The notes under the pieces are model-generated. The model was given only the letters and a program-made list of their open reading frames with translations. It did not search any database and was not told the origin of the DNA. The position numbers and the translations under genes are program-made. 32,569 nt of DNA from Paraspadella gotoi (lineage: Eukaryota; Animalia; Chaetognatha), in assembly GCA_051294375.1 (NCBI GenBank), contig JBJCIZ010001663.1:1-32569 (forward strand), written 5' to 3'. Positions 27,278-32,569 of this stretch are shown piece by piece (position 1 is the first letter of the stretch; each line of letters starts with the position of its first letter).

Positions 27278-27898
27278 ATGGAGTCATCTGACATTATTAT
27301 TACAAAAGAAAATCTCCCAAGGCAGTCAACGTCATCACTTTCGATCAACGAAGAGGCAAGTTCAGCGAAGTCATCTCCGCCGGAGTCACCCTCGAGGCCA
27401 TCGCTGTCATGTGCCTCACCGGAGAGGTCGCCGCCACCAACCTCCCCGATACTCTCATCACAACCGGAATCGGAAGCCGCACCGCCATCGAGTTCTGCGT
27501 CAGTAGCAGAATTAAGTAGTGAGGATGTGATCGAAATTCTCGAAGTCTCGAGATGGGCGCCTCCTCCTTCGTCGTCGTCATCCGAAGACGAAGAGGTCAT
27601 CATCCTGACGAAGTCAACGAGCGCGGAATGTCTCGTCGAGTTACAGGAGAAGTGGGCCAAAGAGAGAAAACGTGAATTCCTACGCCAACAAGAAAAACGA
27701 AAAGAAGCGAAGAAACGTCTCCAAAATTGGGAGAAAGATGTTGCTCGTTTACGCGAAGACCTACAGTGCGAAAGGGAAAGAAAAATGAAGGAGAGCCTGC
27801 GCGAGAAGCTGCGAAAAATCAAGAGAGATAAAAGAAATCGCGCCCTCATGAACAAGATACATGAAATGGAACATTCGGAAGAAATTGAACTCGAATAA
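27278..27898 (+). CDS. Accessory A1 homolog (206 aa)
   Basis: Aligns with 8728-9330; preceded by TACTAACCTGTTTAG (canonical branch point plus acceptor). Confidence 0.87.
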   Translation: MESSDIIITKENLPRQSTSSLSINEEASSAKSSPPESPSRPSLSCASPERSPPPTSPILSSQPESEAAPPSSSASVAELSSEDVIEILEVSRWAPPPSSSSSEDEEVIILTKSTSAECLVELQEKWAKERKREFLRQQEKRKEAKKRLQNWEKDVARLREDLQCERERKMKESLREKLRKIKRDKRNRALMNKIHEMEHSEEIELE

Positions 27899-28200
27899 AA
27901 TCATTAAATTACTCATGTAACCATTCGCCTATGTTGCCGTTCGTTTATAATGGGGTCGCCGCTAGAACGCAGCAACACCTCACAGTTCTGTTAATTCTGC
28001 ATCCACTCATAGTTTGTTTCTTTCTTGGTTTGTTCAACCTCTCCTTTTTTCCCAGGCACAAGTTAAAAAAAAGGCGTGGGACAGTCAATCTTCTTTGGAG
28101 ATCAGCGGGCTTGGACAGTCAATCTTCTTTGTAAATCTACGAATTCGAGCAGTCAAGCTTCCTTAATTTCTTGGTCTTATCCAATCAAACCTCTTCGACG

Positions 28201-28925
28201 ATGTCAACAAACAACGCGGCGGAGAGAGCGAAGGCGATTGCCGCGGCGACCTGTCACAAACCGATGGCGACCATCGCACCGTTGCCGCGAAACGAACCGG
28301 CGCCGCCGGGAACGGAAGTGGAGATCTCTCGATCAAACGCCGAACCGCCACCACCGGGAACGGAAGCGGAGATCTCTTGGTTGGGCGCGCAGCAGCCGCC
28401 ACCAGAAATGGAAGTTGAGATCTCTCAACCGGATGAACAAGAGCCGCCGGAAGCGGAAGCCGAGATCTCCGGGCCGGCCGTACAACTGGCGCTTCCGGCC
28501 CGTCGCTACTTCATAGCGCGGAGAATCCGCGCGCCATCACCATCTCCGCCACCTTCACCTCGAGCCACCGTAGAGACGCCAATGGCCGAATACATCGGCT
28601 ATCCACCGCTCATTCATGAGAGCGACAGTTCCGAACCGGTGAGGGGGACTGATTTATTATAGGAAAAGATGCCAAGAACGTTTATTATAGGAAAAATGCC
28701 TTTAAACAAACAAATATTTATCAGGAAATCATCTACGAGTCGCGCCCGCGCGTAAGGGTGATGAGGCGCAGGGCCCAGCGCGACGAAGACATCGCCTCCA
28801 GCGTCGGCGAAGCCATTCGCGACCTCCGCGAAAATCTGTCGCGACGACGCCCAAGCGGCGAAGAGGAAGCGCGCCGGCGCCCAGTTAAGGAGCGTCTTGG
28901 GTGGCGCCACCATCAACCGAGATGA
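28201..28925 (+). CDS. Accessory A2 homolog, join(28201..28638,28725..28925), 212 aa, with 4 EPPP-x3-E-x-EIS-like internal repeats
   Basis: Phase-0 intron GTGAGG...TTTATCAG at the equivalent position to copy 1; RAxAxAAxTCxKP, GYPPL, DLRE and PVKERLG conserved. Confidence 0.8.
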
Positions 28926-29213
28926 TTTTTTATTTCTTTAATAATGTTCAAGTTATGTGAGAAGAAAAGACGTTGACATTTGCTACGTTTTTTATCAAAT
29001 GAGTCAAACATTATTGAATGTTGAGTTAACCCTATTAGCAGATACATTATTCGCTATAATTCGTAATTAGCAAAATTCGCGAATAGACTGGAGACAAAGC
29101 GCCACGCAAACAACGGGACTCACCAGTCACCAGCAGTGTCAAGCAGCTTCACCTTACAGACCTGGAACTGTCGCTTCCTGTGAGATCGCTCTACAATCCA
29201 CGAGACGACGGAA

Positions 29214-29473
29214 ATGGAGAGGAAGCTCGGTTTAAATTCGCAACAAACGCCGTTGACGTCGCCGAACATCAGCCCATCAAAGCCAAAAACAAATGTAAGC
29301 AAGACACAAAAATAAATAAATCAATAAACAAATTCGATAATTACTTACCTGTTCAGGGAAACCCCTCGAAAGAGATTTCTCAGCGCCATCTAGCGACACA
29401 TCCTCCAAGGAAAGAAATCGAATTCATTCCGCTCAACATCATGTCAGCGGATACGTATTGCAAAACTTCGTGA
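29214..29473 (+). CDS. Accessory A3 homolog, join(29214..29294,29357..29473), 65 aa
   Basis: Phase-0 intron GTAAGC...CTTACCTGTTCAG; same 27-codon first exon. Confidence 0.75.
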
Positions 29474-29751
29474 AGTCCGTTTTTCAACAAAACCTTACCT
29501 ACATCGTCGACAAAAGTGCTTCGATAGGAACGTTCGAAAACATTGAAAAATCAGCGTTTAAGTGATGATTAAAACTGCATTCTTTCTCGCTACAATTAAA
29601 TTATTTTAACGCGTTTACCAAAACCTTTTAAGATTCAGCAGAACCTTCAAATCCGAGACTTACCTGAGAGGAAGAAGGGTCGGTGAAAAGAAGGCAACCT
29701 AACACGAATCTCAGCGACGACTCCGCGAAGCAAAAAACGGGCGACAAGATC

Positions 29752-29991
29752 ATGTCATCTCGGCGGGTTCTTTTTAACAGAATGATTGACCTGATTCCAA
29801 TGGAACATTTAGCGGAATTTTATGAAAGATACAATCATTGGTATGACGAGACGTTGATCAAAATAGATCAAATCGAAGCGCTGAATTTAACAGACACGAA
29901 CAAGGAACTCATAATGCAATACGCGATGAAAAAAAGACAAAAAACTCTTAAAGAAATCGTCATCGACCTGCGAGATAGGGCCGAGAAATAA
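29752..29991 (+). CDS. Accessory A4 homolog (79 aa)
   Basis: Aligns end to end with 11287-11526. Confidence 0.88.
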   Translation: MSSRRVLFNRMIDLIPMEHLAEFYERYNHWYDETLIKIDQIEALNLTDTNKELIMQYAMKKRQKTLKEIVIDLRDRAEK

Positions 29992-30085
29992 TCCAACATT
30001 TAATCAAATTGATAAAGAACTTACTTGCGTGAGAGTTGATTAATTTATTTACCCTACTTGCCTTTCAGCCTATTCCATATTTAAA

Positions 30086-30376
30086 ATGCAAAAAGAGCGA
30101 ATTGAAATCGTAGGGGATCTTCATTTGCGGATCTTGCTCGAACTCGTTCCAATTCAGTTCAAAGAAGAGTTCGTGGTCAAATTCGGTCAATGGAAAGAAC
30201 GCACGGAAAGAGACCTGAATGAAGCAGCAGACGAGATATCACGGCAACGTTTGTCACCAGGTCATACCTCTACAGAGGCATTGGAATTACTTGACCACAT
30301 CGAGCGCGATGCTATCGAGGACATCCATGCTGTCATCCGGGATTTCGCTCATCGTGCTCAGGAGCAAAGCGGATAA
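30086..30376 (+). CDS. Accessory A5 homolog (96 aa)
   Basis: Aligns with 11596-11895; acceptor TTTCAG ending at 30068. Confidence 0.88.
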   Translation: MQKERIEIVGDLHLRILLELVPIQFKEEFVVKFGQWKERTERDLNEAADEISRQRLSPGHTSTEALELLDHIERDAIEDIHAVIRDFAHRAQEQSG

Positions 30377-30500
30377 AATAAACATTATGTTGTAAAAGTG
30401 AATTACTAAATTAACAAACTAAAATTCATTGAATCGATTTTCAAAAAGCATTGAATTTATGAGTCGACGATATTATTCTATTTTTGTTTATTCAGGGAAA

Positions 30501-30707
30501 ATGACCTCGTTTAGCGGTCACATGTTCGGTAAATTTGGCATTTGTTATAACGAAACTCACGGAGTCTCGTACTCGGACCCGGAAAAGGCGAGTGCAAAGC
30601 GTTCCCTGATATTGCTGAAAAGCAGAAAAATGATTATTCCAGTATCCATTCCGATTCAAGAGAAAAATATCGAATGCAAAAAGGAACAAAAAGCTCCTAT
30701 CCAATAA
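30501..30707 (+). CDS. Accessory A6 homolog (68 aa)
   Basis: Aligns with 11997-12197; acceptor TATTCAG ending at 30495. Confidence 0.8.
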   Translation: MTSFSGHMFGKFGICYNETHGVSYSDPEKASAKRSLILLKSRKMIIPVSIPIQEKNIECKKEQKAPIQ

Positions 30708-30768
30708 TTGTTCATTATCATTATAGTTTCATTTCAGTTTGACTTACCTTGAACATTTAGTTATCAAA

Positions 30769-31107
30769 ATGTCCAACAAACCTGTTTGGTTATGGGACGA
30801 TTGGAGAAGTTTGAAGTTCCAGGAAGAAAGCGAGGACAGGAATAAGAAGATCCTGGACGTGATACTTCGGGAAGCAGAGGCCAATCTTTTTTACAAACCG
30901 GACTGGGTGAAGGATATCCTTCTTGGTCAGAACAAAGGCCCTAAGGATGAAGCCGAGAAAGCGATCCGTCTCGCTAAAGATTGGATAAAGACAGCAGAAG
31001 TACTGAAAAGGGAAAAACCTAAAAGATCCAAGATTTTCGAAGCGATTATAGAGATGCTGCAGGAGAACCTCGAGAAACAGGAAGTCGATTTAAAAAATAT
31101 TACATGA
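30769..31107 (+). CDS. Accessory A7 homolog (112 aa), family Y
   Basis: Aligns with 12280-12627. Confidence 0.87.
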   Translation: MSNKPVWLWDDWRSLKFQEESEDRNKKILDVILREAEANLFYKPDWVKDILLGQNKGPKDEAEKAIRLAKDWIKTAEVLKREKPKRSKIFEAIIEMLQENLEKQEVDLKNIT

Positions 31108-31204
31108 ATGAATATAATCTGTATGAGCTAATGCGATTCAATAACAATAGTTTGATCAAATTGTTCAAATTTCATTTCTGTTATTCACAGCATTTCGAAA
31201 CATA

Positions 31205-31588
31205 ATGCAGAGGGGGCATCTACCTTCCTGGATTTATTCCAGAGAACACTTGGAACTTTGCGCGTTCAAACGCAGGAAGACGGACGAGTTAGAAGAACGT
31301 TTACCAGGTTGCGTCGAAAAGTGTATCGAATTGACGCAAAGCCACGCCGCGAAAGTCAAAAAACTACGCGAAGTCATCGCCAAAAGGAAAGCGGAAAACC
31401 CGGCGGCAAATGTGAAAGAAGTCATCGAAAAGATCGAGAAAATCGAAGAGGAATTCCCGACTTTGGAACGATGGAAAAGGATTTATTTGACCAGAGGCTG
31501 CATCTTCAGCCACGAAAGCTTGGAATCGGTGAAGGATAAACTTCCTAAAAAAGAAACGATTGAGATCGTGGGATTTTCTGTGATGTGA
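31205..31588 (+). CDS. Accessory A8 homolog (127 aa), family X
   Basis: Aligns with 12709-13092. Confidence 0.88.
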   Translation: MQRGHLPSWIYSREHLELCAFKRRKTDELEERLPGCVEKCIELTQSHAAKVKKLREVIAKRKAENPAANVKEVIEKIEKIEEEFPTLERWKRIYLTRGCIFSHESLESVKDKLPKKETIEIVGFSVM

Positions 31589-31689
31589 AATTAAATAGAA
31601 ATTATAAATGAATTCATGAATCGATTACCGTGAAGCATGATTATTCATTGAATACTTACCTTTACAGTCAATATTTACTTACGTCAAGA

Positions 31690-32034
31690 ATGTCCGATCC
31701 AGTGGGTGGCGCTCAATACCTGCAAGAATGGAAGCATCTCTACGACAACGAAGGAGATATGGAAGACAAGCATTTCGGAAGGGACTTAAATCTGAAAGAA
31801 CAAGAAGCAAAGATCAGGCAACATCCAGAATGGTTTAAAAACGGGCCTGAAAGCCACAAAATAAAATTGAAAAAAGCGGCGGAGCAAAGCATTCGGAACG
31901 CAAAAGATTGGAAAAAAGCGGCGGTGATGCTCAAGTTTCATAACGGAGAAAAGATTGAAACTTATAAAGAAATGTACAAACTAATCGATGATCACATTAA
32001 AGAAAAGGAAGGAGAGGTTCAAATTCTGTCGTGA
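31690..32034 (+). CDS. Accessory A9 homolog (114 aa), family Y
   Basis: Aligns with 13203-13547. Confidence 0.87.
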   Translation: MSDPVGGAQYLQEWKHLYDNEGDMEDKHFGRDLNLKEQEAKIRQHPEWFKNGPESHKIKLKKAAEQSIRNAKDWKKAAVMLKFHNGEKIETYKEMYKLIDDHIKEKEGEVQILS

Positions 32035-32120
32035 TTCTGATTTAATTGCAATTTTTTAAAAAAAATTGTTTCGAAATTCATTCATTAATTGTGTTTATTT
32101 TTAGCTGCAGCCAAAGCAAA

Positions 32121-32441
32121 ATGCAAGGTTATTGTGGATATCTGGCCCATGGTTATAAAGACTTTCGAGAATTCGTCATGAGGCGAACGGAAGAATACAA
32201 CAAGGAGGCTCCGGATTGTCTCGAGGAGTGCTTCGACCTCATTAATGGTTATTCATCTGAACTGACTCAATTGCGGGAAGCCGTCAAGACAGCGGAAGAC
32301 GAAACGAAAATCCGCCATGAACGAATCAAGCATCTGGAAGAGGAGATATCTTTCATTGAAAGATGGAAAAAGATTAGACTGGCCCAAGGTCGTATATTCA
32401 ACAAAGAGAGCATCGCAATGCTAGTGGAGGAATTGCCGTAA
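32121..32441 (+). CDS. Accessory A10 homolog (106 aa), family X
   Basis: Aligns with 13614-13934. Confidence 0.87.
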   Translation: MQGYCGYLAHGYKDFREFVMRRTEEYNKEAPDCLEECFDLINGYSSELTQLREAVKTAEDETKIRHERIKHLEEEISFIERWKKIRLAQGRIFNKESIAMLVEELP

Positions 32442-32537
32442 ATTAATGATTCAAACTTACCTTTATTGTTGATGATCAACCTTTACTCTTCGAGTGCTTG
32501 CTAGTATAAATTAATTTGTCTAGTACAGATACCTGAA

Positions 32538-32569
32538 ATGGCTCAAGTAAAATCAATCGCCGAAATCCA
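32538..32569 (+). CDS. Start of accessory A11 homolog (truncated by the window end)
   Basis: MAQVKSIAEI vs MSRMKSIAEI. Confidence 0.7.
   Translation, partial: MAQVKSIAEI

Larger units (their letters stand above)
18595..32569 (+). mobile_element. Giant BEL/Pao LTR retrotransposon, copy 2 (diverged subfamily; truncated by the window end)
   Basis: Colinear with copy 1: leader, gag, UGA, pol, A1-A10 and start of A11. Confidence 0.93.

Overview
Eukaryotic DNA, most likely metazoan because BEL/Pao elements are essentially animal-restricted. After 177 bp of AT-rich flank, the window holds two head-to-tail copies of an unusually large BEL/Pao LTR retrotransposon sharing one central LTR. Element 1 appears complete (178-18983, ~18.8 kb). 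Element 2 (18595->32569) is a diverged relative that runs off the window. Layout: LTR (TGTAAC...GTTACA); structured 5' leader with covarying hairpins; gag; single in-frame UGA followed by an 8-nt spacer and a long stem-loop (probable programmed readthrough); pol (PR-RT-RH-IN); then ~9 kb carrying ~16 small, same-strand accessory genes with no recognisable env. A1-A10 and the start of A11 recur in the same order in element 2. Most accessory genes have a 3' splice acceptor just upstream. Two are two-exon genes missed by the ORF track. Nine form an alternating array of two paralogous families (Y-X-Y-X-Y-X-X-Y-X). The spacers are enriched for ACTTACCT, the U1-like antisense 5' splice-site motif. 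Together this suggests a 'complex' polycistronic retrotransposon. All functions proposed for the accessory genes are inference; no database search was possible.
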